A DNA stretch of 64,000 bases from NCBI GenBank assembly GCA_026936335.1, contig JAPMXV010000034.1, positions 496,001 to 560,000 on the forward strand. Direction: 5' to 3'. This document shows positions 23,291 through 34,485 of the stretch, piece by piece. Source of the stretch: Mantamonas sphyraenae STR306 (lineage: Eukaryota; Protista; CRuMs). The notes under the pieces were generated by a model. That model made no database searches and was not told where the DNA came from. It was given only the letters and a program-made list of their open reading frames with translations. A program made the translations under genes and the position numbers. Each line of letters starts with the position of its first letter. Within the stretch, counting starts at the first letter, position 1.

Positions 23291-24004
23291 GATGGTGACA
23301 CGCCGTCGTCGCCCAACTCGTTGGGCAGTCCCGTGTCCAAGGAGATGTTCAAGGAAGCCAGGCATCCGTTGGAACAGCCAGTGCCTGTGGCCAGCAAACA
23401 CATTGTGTTCAATCCGCCCAAGCCGCCGACGGTTGCTCCAGGCTTGAAGCTGATGACCAGCAAACTGGAGAACAAGTTCAAGTCTCGATTGGTGCGTGAC
23501 GAGCTGGTGGAACGCAACATCATGATGCGTGGCGACGTGGCACCCACGCTGTTTGAGCGGCAGAATGCCCTGCGCAAGAAGCGTCTGGAGGACACCCTGA
23601 ACCGCAAGCTCAAGTTCCGTTCCTCGATGCAGGATCTGCAGAACCGCAACATTCTCAAGTCCAACATGAAGGCCATTGCAGAGGAGGAGGATGTGGAGCA
23701 CATGGAGGCTGAGAAGGAAGAGGAGCGCAAAGAGATCAGCGACTTGCTTGCAAACACCCTGGAAAACAGGCCCAGTCGACGCGAACTGGCTTCCCAGGGT
23801 GTCTATGTGACCATCAAGGAGGACCGCCGTGCACGCAGGCTGCGCAAGGAGAAGGAGGAGGCCGAAAAGGCCGCTGCGGCAGAGACCGGTGGCGGTAACG
23901 CGGAGGGCGACTCATCATCATCGGCGTCAGACAAGCCTGCACACGGCGAACGCAAGAGTGTCAAATTTGCAGATGACGACGAGGAGGATGAGGAAGAAGA
24001 GTGA
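21349..24004 (+). CDS. MDH1B/PPIL6-like N-terminal thioredoxin-fold domain plus coiled coils plus three RPEL-like repeats
   Basis: Introns 21601-21730 and 21863-21994. N-terminus YHVCGVADALEYAKAERMCECLRLNLPD. RPEL-like repeats KFKSRLVRDELVERNIM, KLKFRSSMQDLQNRNIL and LENRPSRRELASQGVY. Confidence 0.75.
21916..21947 (+). repeat. (AC)16 intronic microsatellite
   Basis: Seen directly; representative of the many CA/GT tracts in introns and intergenic DNA. Confidence 0.9.
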
Positions 24005-24051
24005 TGAATGGATGAGATGAAGTTTTCTTGATTGGATTTCCACGGGCTCGC

Positions 24052-27000
24052 TCACATGTTGTTTGTGTTGATGCTCCTGACCTCGTTGAGGATCTCACTG
24101 GCGCGACGGAGGACAGAGAGGAGCTCGATGCAGTGATCGCGGCGCTGGGCGACGTCAGAGTCCTCGGCGAGGAGGTCGTCAAACAGCTCCTCCTTGTACA
24201 GGGTGGACACGAGCACACTTTGCATGTTGTCGCGCACGGCGTTGACAAGGAAGTGCATGATGGACTTGGGCACGCTGTCCTGCACGTTCTTGCGCACAAT
24301 GTCAAAGTAAGAGATCAGCAGCCGCTCAATGAGCTGCGTCTCCATCTGCTCACGATCACTGGCCTGGTCCGTGGCCTTGAGCGACATGGGCACCTTGCCC
24401 AGCTGGTAGGCACCGCTTCGTTCGTCGCGCACGGGCGTGTTGCTAAACTCGCTAAAGGTGCTGTCGCTGGACGAGCTGCTTCCGCTGCCGCCGTTGTTGC
24501 CCTTGCCCCTGTTGCCAGCCTTGCTGCCGCGCGTGACACCACGCGATTTACTGCCGCCACTGGAGGATGTTGACGACGAGCTGCTGGTACTGCTGCTGTT
24601 GTTCTTCTTGTCGTCGCCAAAGAAGAACGTGCTGAAGAACGAACTCTTGTCGTCGCCACTCTGGTTGTTGTTGCCTTGGTTGCCTCCCGAGTTCTGCCCG
24701 TTGCCCGACGATCCACCGTTGTTGCCCTGCGATCCCTGGCTACCCGATTGCTGGCGTACGGCCTGGCTATTCTGCGCCGCCGCCGCCGAGTTGCGTCCTC
24801 CGTTGCCCCTCTGTGAGCCCGAACGGCCCTGTGAACCCGAGTTGCCACTGCCGTCACGCTGCGACTGTTCGTTCATGGCCTGTTGCTGTGCCTGCTGCGC
24901 TGCCAGCTGCTGCTGCGCCATGGCTTGCTCCTGCTCCTGCACACCCTGCAGCATGGTCGTCAGCGCGCCCGCGCCTCCGATAAAGTCCGGATGGTTGGTG
25001 TTGATAAAGGCCAGCTCGATGTTGATGATGGACGAAATCATGTTGTTCGTCGGATACAGTTGGTTGCGCAGCAGGTTGCCCGCCACGTCGGCAATGCGCT
25101 GACGCAGCACCTTGAACCGGTGCAACTCCTTGATTTCCGTCTGCGAGACAATACGCATCAGTTCCTCAAACACAAACTCCACACACTGGAGACTGGGCGC
25201 CTCCAGGCCTGCAATCTGCCGCTTGGCCAGCAACTCAAAGGCGACCTCGGGCACAAACAGCGTGGGCCTGGGTCCCGTGGCGTTGCGGATGGCCGTACGG
25301 ATGTCGTTTTCGCTGAGGCCGTCGATGGGATCGATTTGGTCCAGACCCTTGGCAAACAGGTCGTTGAAGATGAACTGAATGCGCGCGCCTCCGTACAGCT
25401 CCTCCGTGGAGATTTCCTGTGCGCGGCCATCGACCAGGTCGCGAAAGTCGGCAGCAAACTGTTGCAGCAGTTGCAGCAGCAGGGCACCCTTGCTCTTGCC
25501 GTCAAAGATGCCGTCGCCGTACGTGCGCAGCTCCTTCTGCGTCTCCACCATCATTTCCGCCACCGACTGGCGCAACTGCGGCAGCGTGGCCTTGATGTGG
25601 TTGATCAGCACCCTGTTGAGCGACTTGGTCAGGAACTTGGTGCCCATCTTGTGGCTCAATGAGCGGTATGCCTCGTGGCCGCGGAAAAAGTCCTCCTCGT
25701 CACGCACAGCGTCGCTGTTGAGGATGGAATCAGTGCAGTGGGGATGATGAGATGATGGGCGTGGGATGAGGCGAGGCGGGGTGTGAGACCAATGCATGGC
25801 ACATGGCAGGCACAGCAGGCGAGGAGCCGTGCAAAAAGTGGACACTGGGAAAACGACGGCGGGGGGGAGGGGGGGTCGTGCCATGCACATGTGCACATCC
25901 ACAAACACAGCCTGCTTGCTGTCCCACAAAACCTACCGGATGCTCTTTTTGTTTTGGATGTCCTTTTGGGAACGGTTGACCACGCCGACAAAGCCGAGCT
26001 TGAGCGGGATGACGCGGCCGGTGAGCACGTCGACGGCGTCGGTGCCGTCGTCCATGAGATCGAGCTTGGTGATGACACCGACGGTGCGGTTGCCTGCAAC
26101 AACGTGGTCCAACCCCGTGTGTGAGCGACAGACGCTTGGAACGGCTAACAACCCGAGAGGCTGGAAAGAAAAAAAGAAACGTCAGGCGTGGGGCCAAAGC
26201 GGCGGGCAAGAGGGGAATTACGCACCCTCAGGATCGACTTCGCGAGCGAGCTGCAAGGCGTCCGAGTTGGCCAGATCTGTGTTGGCTGCGGTGACTGCCA
26301 AGATGATGGCGTTCTCTTTGCTGATGTACTGCATGATCATCATGCGGATGAGCTGCTCAATGTCTGTGGGCTGGTCGCCGACCGGTACCTGGGAAGTGCG
26401 GACAAACATCGTGCCACGTGTGTGAGCCACAACAAACGATGCGGGGAGGGGGCAAAGGCGGAAAAGGGGGGGAGGGGGGGGCGGAGGAGGTGCACAGGGC
26501 ACACACGAACCTTTGTGATACCGGGCAGATCGACGAGGGTGAGGTTGAGGACGTAGGGGGAGAACACCTTGAGGTTGATGGGCTTCGGCGAGATGCCCTT
26601 GTTCTTGCCTGTGACCTGGTCGGTGACGCGAACAATCTCTTCACGGATCTCCTCAAAGTCGTAGAAACGAGTGTTGGGCTTGTGGAGAAACTCGCCCCAC
26701 TCGGCACCTGGGTTTGTGGACGGTGGGAAGAGCGCAGGTGGTGAGAAGGCACGCGACACTCCACCGGTGCGAAAATGGCCCACCAGGAACAGCGCAGTTC
26801 ACACAGCGTGGCAGGCCTCTGGGAGGGTGAAATGGGACACAAGAACACACGCATACGCACACCCCACTTACCTTCGTCGTCGTCGTCGTCCTCGTTGCCT
26901 TCCACGTGGATCAGCTGCAGCACGAGCGGACGGCGAGTGACAATGCCCGAACCGCGAGGCAGAAAGTCGCGGCCAACAATGTTCTCCAACACCGACGATT

Positions 27001-27409
27001 TACCCGAACTCTGCGAACCCACCACCACAATCTGAGGCAAATCGATGGGGTCTTCGATGCTGAGGGTGCTAAACACGTCCTGCAGCCTGTTGATGATGGG
27101 AATGAGCTGTTCCAGGCCCGCTTGGCCCGTGTGATGCTTCAGCTTGCTCAGTTTCACGTCCTCTGAGGACGACGAGCTCATGCCACCCATGCCACCCATG
27201 CCACCCATGCCACCCATGCCACCCATGCCACCTCCCATACCCCCGCCCATGCCGCCGTACATGCCGCTGCTGCTGCCGCTCAAATCTTGATATTGGCCAC
27301 CGCCACCTCCGCCAAAGCCTCCTCCACCAAATTGGCCACCTCCGTACTGGCCACCTCCGTACTGGCCGCCGCCGTAACTGTTTCCTCCGTAATTGCCGTA
27401 GCCGGACAT
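24052..27409 (-). CDS. DNM1L: Dynamin-related protein, DRP1/Dnm1 type
   Basis: [64 protein letters not shown] and [16 protein letters not shown]. Five introns; no PH or PRD domain. Confidence 0.94.
27180..27229 (-). repeat. 9-nt tandem repeat encoding (GGM)n
   Basis: ATGCCACCC repeated about 5.5 times on the + strand. Confidence 0.88.
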
Positions 27410-27494
27410 TCGGATGCGCAAAAAATGGGTTTTCTTGTTGCAGCTCGGGCGGAGGCAAACACACACACACACACACAAACAAACAAACACACAA

Positions 27495-30400
27495 ATGTCC
27501 ACCACGCAGAGTTCCACGCCTTCCTCTGGCAAGTTTCTGCGCTTTTCGCTGAAGCGCAAGCGTGTGGAAGCTCCAAAGCCGGGTGAGCGAAAAGGTTCCC
27601 GAAAGGCTCCCGGCGCAGGCACGGCTTCGGCGGCAAAGACGGCAGGAGTCAAAGGGAAACAAGGCATGCATGTCGAGATGGACGACGACATTGAGGATGT
27701 GTCGGAGCAGGAAATGGATCCTGTGGTTCAAAGGGACGGGGAGAAACGTCAGCGGATCATCAGCTTCGACACACCATCCTTGTCGTACTCGGACAGCATG
27801 ACAGGCACAGAAGAGAGCGGGTCGGAAGAGATTGCGTCCCAAATGGACATGTTTCTGGACGACATGCAGGAGCGGCGAACGGCACGGAAGCAGGAGACGG
27901 AGGAGAGGACGCCGTCGCCTGATCACAGCCTCTCCCGTGCGAGCCCCAGCACCCACAGCAAGCGAGTGACGTTTGCAGAGGACATCGAATGGGACGAAGG
28001 GCACGATGAGTCGCAGAGTAGCGTGCTGGACGAGTTTCTGGACGAGCTGCGAGAGGCCGAGAGCACGGTGACGGCTGAGGTGCTGATCAACGCGTCGGAG
28101 CAAACGCGGGGCAGGCCGGGCGACGCATACGCCATGCTGGATGCACGCCCACGCGCATTTGCACGCCAGTATGCACACTGTATCCATAGCAACCCGGAAA
28201 TTCCAGATTACATGCGGCTGTACTTCCGGTCGGCGGTGACGATGCGACTGCTTGCGCACAACCGCAGGCACACGCCACGAGAAGCCCGCAAGCCTCCAAC
28301 GCCGAGGCCATCCCGAGCACAATCCACTGCAGGCGGCAGAAGCGATGTCGCACCAGGCAGCAGACAAAGCATCACAAGCAGCAACAGCAGCAGCAACAGC
28401 ACGAGTCGTGGGAACGGACAAAGACCCACAGCGACACACACGCCTCCAAGGTCACCTCCGACAAGCAGCAGCAGTGACCATTGGAGCAACCGAGGAAATG
28501 GAAGCAACAAACAGGAGAAGCGCAGCAAGCGGCCTGTGCGTCTGGTGTTTGTGAACGACGATTTGCTGGACGACGACGAAGCGTTTGAATCACCAGTGAA
28601 ACTGAGCGACAGCAGGCGACAGGCACAAGAACAGCGTGCGCATCATCAAGCGAACGCACAGGGCAAGGCAAGCAAGCAGCTGTCGCTAGGGGATTTGGTG
28701 CCAGGATGGAAGACGGCAGCCGACGAGAGCGAGAGCGACGCGAGAGCGACACATGAGCCAACCACCAGCGTCAAAACGTCATCGACGTCGCATAACCGGT
28801 CGTCGACAAAGAAGAAGAGCAAGGGTACGTCGAGGCGGAAGCAGAACAAGCCGCGGAAGCGAGCACGCAAGAAACCCCCCAAGCGTTTGCTGAGCGGCAA
28901 GAACCTGGTGGAGCGCACGACGTTGCCAAAGGATATGAGCAAATGGGCACTGGTGGTGGAGCCGTACTTGGAACAAGACCCAGAGTCTGTCAAAGAGCGC
29001 TTTCACAAGACGCCCGACATTATGAATGCGGACTTGGAGAGCATGGGATGTGTGAATCTGAGCGCGGTGTTGATCAACCCGCCGTGGGAGGCAGGAGCGC
29101 CAAACGGTGCACGTGAGCGACTGTTGCACATCAACCAGCTGTATGCGCTGAATCTCTCGCGTCGTGTGCTACCCAATGGCTTCATTTTCATCTGGTGTCC
29201 CAAGGAGTACATTCCACAGCTGTTTATCATCATGGCACGCTGGAAGGTGCGCTATGTGGAGAATCTGGTGTGGATACAGACGCAGGCGAACAATCGCAAG
29301 GTCACTGCGCCGTACAAGGTTCTGCGTCGCAGCAAGATGACGCTGTACATCTTTCTGCGTGAACCTCGGCCCGAAATCAAGCACCAACGCTCCAGCGACG
29401 TGCACATGGGCCCTGTCAAGTCGCCGTACGGACTGGATTGGAATGCAAAACCGGAACAAGTGAAGCAAGTCATCGAAACGATGCTGCCAGCGTGGACCCC
29501 AGAAGACGAACAGCGACCACGATTTGCAGAGCTGTGGGCAAACGAGCGTACGCGCGTGCGCGACGGATGGATCCACGTCTGCGAAGAGGTGCCACCAGAG
29601 CGCAGCAACAGGGCGGTGGGATCGCCAGCCACGGTTGTGGAGGCGTCGCCGGCCCTGTCAACCAGTCCCGTGTTGACAACAACGACGATCCCACGCAACA
29701 TCAGCACGGTCGAGCGGGCGAAGCGACAGGCGTTCTACGTCCGCGAAAGCGACGACGAGGACGAAGAGTCTGTGGAGGAGGGTCTGTCCAGTGACGAGGC
29801 AGAGAATGGCGGTGGTGTTGGTGTTGGAGGTGTGGAGGAGGATGACGATGACGAGGAGGAAGAACGCAACCAGATTGTGCGCAGCCAGGAGCTGGAGGAG
29901 GAAGAAGCGTACTCGGCACAGTTTGGAGACGATGACGACGACGCTTTTGAGGATGAGAACGAAGTGGACGAGGAGGGACAGCCGTTGTCGCAGGTGCTGG
30001 TTGAGGACGTGCACCTGATGGCAACGCCTGTGCGCAGATCGATGCAGATTGGAGACACAGCGAGGCCCCCGCAGGTAGGACGCGGGATGGAGCACATTGT
30101 GAGACTGTACGAAGACGATTCGTTGCTGAGTGCCTGCACTGATCTGAGCGAAGACCTGACGGAGGAGGAGGACAACAACGAAGGGGCGTTCCGATCGGTA
30201 CGGCGCACAGCCACAAGCACAAGAGGGGGCGCATTTGCACACCTACACACGACACCGAGTGCACAGGGGCCGTTGATTGCGCCGACACCAGGGACGATGC
30301 AGAGGAACGCAAGTTCGACGTACTCGTTCACCCCCGAGGATTTGAGCATCGAGTCATTTGACGAACCTGCGTACGCACGGCTGCAGGTGCAAGCAAGTGC

Positions 30401-30746
30401 AGGTCCGCTCAGTACGACGTCTTTCGAGATGTCCAGTGTGGATACGCCGCTGCAGTTGGATTCAGGAGAACGGCAAGCGAGGCTGCAGCTGTCCGACGGC
30501 AAGCGACAGGCCGTGTTGCAGGGGACGGCATCAGGCACGTTGGAACTCAACGGAGATGTGTTTGTGGACCCGGGACCGGCGGGAGGCAAGCGACGGCGGC
30601 GCCAGGGCGGTGGGAAGAAGGCAGCGGATCGACGACGACCCAAAGCACAGGCTCACGGCGAAGGAGGAGGCACAGACGACACGGCAGGCAAGAAGAAGAA
30701 GAAAGAGAGGCAAATGAGGTTGTTTGACCTGGTGAAGCGAGAGTGA
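27495..30746 (+). CDS. MT-A70 family adenine methyltransferase-like protein, MTA9/AMT6-7 type, with long disordered flanks
   Basis: Domain at ~29020-29590: [57 protein letters not shown] and RDGW. Confidence 0.82.
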   Translation: MSTTQSSTPSSGKFLRFSLKRKRVEAPKPGERKGSRKAPGAGTASAAKTAGVKGKQGMHVEMDDDIEDVSEQEMDPVVQRDGEKRQRIISFDTPSLSYSDSMTGTEESGSEEIASQMDMFLDDMQERRTARKQETEERTPSPDHSLSRASPSTHSKRVTFAEDIEWDEGHDESQSSVLDEFLDELREAESTVTAEVLINASEQTRGRPGDAYAMLDARPRAFARQYAHCIHSNPEIPDYMRLYFRSAVTMRLLAHNRRHTPREARKPPTPRPSRAQSTAGGRSDVAPGSRQSITSSNSSSNSTSRGNGQRPTATHTPPRSPPTSSSSDHWSNRGNGSNKQEKRSKRPVRLVFVNDDLLDDDEAFESPVKLSDSRRQAQEQRAHHQANAQGKASKQLSLGDLVPGWKTAADESESDARATHEPTTSVKTSSTSHNRSSTKKKSKGTSRRKQNKPRKRARKKPPKRLLSGKNLVERTTLPKDMSKWALVVEPYLEQDPESVKERFHKTPDIMNADLESMGCVNLSAVLINPPWEAGAPNGARERLLHINQLYALNLSRRVLPNGFIFIWCPKEYIPQLFIIMARWKVRYVENLVWIQTQANNRKVTAPYKVLRRSKMTLYIFLREPRPEIKHQRSSDVHMGPVKSPYGLDWNAKPEQVKQVIETMLPAWTPEDEQRPRFAELWANERTRVRDGWIHVCEEVPPERSNRAVGSPATVVEASPALSTSPVLTTTTIPRNISTVERAKRQAFYVRESDDEDEESVEEGLSSDEAENGGGVGVGGVEEDDDDEEEERNQIVRSQELEEEEAYSAQFGDDDDDAFEDENEVDEEGQPLSQVLVEDVHLMATPVRRSMQIGDTARPPQVGRGMEHIVRLYEDDSLLSACTDLSEDLTEEEDNNEGAFRSVRRTATSTRGGAFAHLHTTPSAQGPLIAPTPGTMQRNASSTYSFTPEDLSIESFDEPAYARLQVQASAGPLSTTSFEMSSVDTPLQLDSGERQARLQLSDGKRQAVLQGTASGTLELNGDVFVDPGPAGGKRRRRQGGGKKAADRRRPKAQAHGEGGGTDDTAGKKKKKERQMRLFDLVKRE

Positions 30747-30800
30747 GGCAAGAATGCAATGATGCGCGCCCATGCAGCCACAACTTCACATCTTCAAGCG

Positions 30801-31619
30801 ATGCGAGTGGTGGTGCTGACGGGCGGCATTGCCACGGGCAAGTCGCATGTGAGCTCGCGCTTGCAAACGAAACACGGCATCCCGGTGATTGACGCGGACA
30901 AGATTGGTAAGTGTGTGTGAGTGTGTGTGGGGCAAACGACGGAAAAAAGGGCTGGAAGCAGCTGGCTCACACACAGACGGCGCACAGCACACGAGATCAT
31001 GGAACCGGGCGAACCGACCTACCACAAGACAGTGGATACGTTTGGTCGTGGAATCTTGGAGGAAACTGAGGACAACGATGGCGGATTGGCGCGTATCGAC
31101 CGAAAGAAGCTGGGGGAGATCGTATTTAACGACAAGGAGAAGCTACAGCAGCTGAACAGGATCTCGCACGGGGCAGTGGTCAACACAATGATGTCGCGCA
31201 TGGTGAAACACTTCTTTGACAACGAACGCATCATCGTGATGGACGTGCCGCTGTACTTTGAGTCGCAGCGTCCGGGCCGGCTGCTGGATCTCTCGCGTGT
31301 CACGTCCACGGTGATGTGCATGTTTGTGGAACGGGAGGAGCAGTGCAAGCGATTGATGCTGCGCAACGGCTGGAGCCAGGAAGAGGCAGAGACACGCATC
31401 GACAACCAAATGTCCTTGGAACGCAAGTGCGAGCTCAGCGACGTGGTGATCACAAACATGGGCACCAAGGAGGATCTGGACAAGACTGTGGACCGTGAGT
31501 GGGTCGAACTGCTGCGCAAGTACTCGCGCGAGGGTTGGGGTTTTGCCCCCCTGCACCTGTATCTGATTTTGGCGCTGGTGGTGATGGCGGTCGTGTTGGC
31601 CGTGGCTGTGCCCTGGTGA
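30801..31619 (+). CDS. DCAKD: Dephospho-CoA kinase with C-terminal TM anchor
   Basis: LTGGIATGKS P-loop, IDADKI|AH (intron 30907-30987), IDRKKLGEIVF, DVPLYFE, RIDNQM and a hydrophobic tail. Confidence 0.93.
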
Positions 31620-31736
31620 TCCATGTTGAGATGGACACTCACAATCATGTGTTGGAGAATGTTCAACGGTGTCTTGCTCGGTGGACAAACCATGGTTCAC
31701 ACATTGTTGTGCGCCAAGGATGGCAAAGCAAACGGC

Positions 31737-33270
31737 ATGGTCGGTTTCAAACACAAATAGAGAACACGCTTGCATGGATTGGTCACGCGGAGGAGGGGAG
31801 TTTGAGTGACACTCACACACACACACACACGCGCGTGCGTTGTTTGTGGCACCACCACAGTTCCACAACGCCGAATCGAGCCAGGATGAGGGCTCGGCCA
31901 TCTACGGCCTGAAGTGCCAGGCGCGGTGTTTGGAAACACAGGTGGCAGAAAGGAACCACACGCGGTTTCTGTTGGGCACGACGGCGTTGCGAGAAGACAA
32001 CGAGGTAGGTGTGCACCTCTGACGAAACAAAACACGCGAGGGAAGCGGAGAGACGCGTCCGGCGTGGGTTTGCCCCCCTTTCCCATCACTCACCACCCCT
32101 GGCCTCTCGTGGTCGTATGCCCATCCCCACACCCCGCTTGAGCAGATCCACCTGGTCCAGTACAACGAGGATGCAGAGGAGGTGAGCTGCGAACGACAGT
32201 ACAGCCACCCGGAGGAGGTTTGGTCGTTGTCGTCGAGCCCGTTCGACAAGGCCCTCTTTGTGTCGGTGTACAACAAAGGTAGGATGAGAGAGGGTGACCA
32301 AACGTCACAGGAGCACGGGAATCACCAGAGTGGGGGGGTAGAGGGGAGGGGGGATGGATGGGAACACCTGGACTCACAACCACACACGCACACAGTGGAG
32401 GGATTTGCGGCGACGCTGTACAGAATGCCGGATCTTGAAGATGAGTCGCTGGACGTGAGTCAGCAGCCACTGGAGTCACTGGTGACGTTTGAGGGCCACA
32501 AGGGCAATGTGAGACAGGTTGTGTGGAACCCAGTGGTGGAAAAGGAGGTGGTGTCGATTGACGAGCAGGGGTTGTACGTGTGGGACGTGAACACGGGCCA
32601 GAACAGCGCGAGCCTGGGTGTGAGCAGCAAGTTGCGACGCACAAGTGTGGCTTGCTGGGATCCTCATTCAAAGGACGAGATTGTGGTGGCACATGACACC
32701 AACATTTGCGTGTGGGACGTACGGGCAAACGAACGGGTGCGTGAGGTGGACAATGCCCACTGGCAATTGGTCAGGGATGTGGATTGCAATCCCAACCAGA
32801 AACATTACGTGGTCAGTGGCGGCGATGATTGTCGCATCAAGTTCTGGGACATGCGCAAGCCCGATGCGCCGTTGCAGGAGCTTGCCGAGCACACCCACTG
32901 GGTGTGGCAGGTCAAGTACAACCGCAACTATGACCAGTTGCTCCTCAGCAGCAGCTCCGACTCCCTCGTCAACCTTTGTTCCATGCCCTCCATTTCCTCC
33001 AAGCCATACGAGGACTTTGAAGTCGACGATGACGACGACGACCACGATGCAGGCCGCGGCAGCCACAGCGGCGGTGGAAGAAGCATCAGCACACACAAGC
33101 GCGCTCGCGACGGCGTCCTCAAAACCTACGACGATCATGAGGACAGCGTATACGCCATTGCGTGGGGCAGCAGCGCAAACTACTGGACGTGGGCCTCCTT
33201 GTCTCTGGATGGCCGTCTCGTGGTCAACAACGTGTCCCAGGAGACACGCGATTCCGTGATCGAGCGGTAG
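31737..33270 (+). CDS. EIPR1: EARP/GARP-interacting WD40 protein EIPR1/TSSC1
   Basis: IYGLKCQARCL, RFLLGT, DNE|IHLV, HTHWVWQVKYN, QLLLSSSSD, HEDSVYAIAW and ASLSLDGR. The start is inferred as an ATG-only exon (31737-31739) spliced to the acceptor at 31860, so it is uncertain. Confidence 0.9.
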
Positions 33271-33441
33271 ACTTGCGTCATGGTGGGAGGGAAGGGTGGG
33301 AGGGGGAAGGATGAATGCATGGTTGGCAATCCATGGTTCCCGCAGCCAAGATCTTTCCCATCTTTTGCCCAAACCCTCCGAAGCAAGAGAGTACAAACAA
33401 ACACACACACACACACTCAACTCAGAGACAATGCACGGAGT

Positions 33442-34407
33442 TTACAGATCCTTCATCTCACGCAGACGGCGCACCGTACCGCGGACGGCAGCAGCGGTGG
33501 TGGTGTTCATCACCCACGCTCCACCAGCAACCGTCTTGTTGCACGACTTGCAGTTCCAGATGCCGACGACCTTGCGGCGCATGGAATCCTTACCGCAGAA
33601 CGGGCACAGGAACTTGGAGTGCTGGGTGGTCTCCATCTTCTTCACCTGCTTCCTCAGAGTGGCTCCGTAGCGGGTGCCGAACTTGCCCACAATGCCGACC
33701 TTCTTGGTACGCTTTCCCTGCAGAAACGGCGCCCAAAACAGCCTGTGTGAGTACATACTTTGTGTACATGTGCCACCTTTCCATGCACTGCGCCTGTCTC
33801 CATCCCTTGCCATCGCTTTCCACGTGCTTCTGCGCCCCTCGTGCGCTCAGCGCAGCGAAAACGCGGCGTTTGCAGATTGCGCGAGGGTTTTTGCATTTGG
33901 CCGCCTTTGTCCAGCCGACACGGCCCACGGCACGCCACAGCACACGCATACACACATGGACACATGCACCGGTTGTACGCATGGATTACAATGACACAGG
34001 TGTGCAGCACGGCGCATGCAGGGCGCGTGTTGGCGCACAGGAGGCGCAAGGGAGGACAAGTGGGCCCAGCCCAGCCGCTCTTTTTTGCATGCACCTGCAA
34101 CGGCGCGGCTTCCAGCAGCCACACCATGCACACACACAACACACCGACCACCGCCAGGGCACAAGTACATATACAGGTGTCCTCTTGGCCATGGCCAGGC
34201 CACATGGGGTGTGTGCTTGCGCCTCAGGGGCGCTGTGCATTGGCGTCGCTACAAAAGCCCTTGCCTCTTGCCTCCACTTGCATCTGCCCGGAGCCGCCCG
34301 GTTGCCTCACACGTGTGCTACACACCGCCTGAATCCAGCCATGGCCGTAGATGCCATCTTCCACACCCTCCCCGTCACTCGTCATGTGTCTCGTGTGCAC
34401 TCACCAT
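33442..34407 (-). CDS. RPL37A: 60S ribosomal protein eL43 (L37a)
   Basis: ATG-only exon 34405-34407 with GTGAGT donor; intron 33718-34404. Exon 2 reads [23 protein letters not shown]...CPFCGK...CKSC...AGGAW. Confidence 0.96.
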
Positions 34408-34485
34408 TTTCTCTGTGTTTTTGGATTTGCTGGCTTGTGCGGCGCAGCACTGGGCCACCAACAGATTCCAACCCCACTCGTGCCA

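Noticed and set aside
25743-25760. GATGATGA box C-like motif in a DRP1 intron, and another next to a FAM91A1 donor near 1530
   Set aside because: The first is antisense to its host and the second is adjacent to the splice donor; neither has a suitably placed box D.
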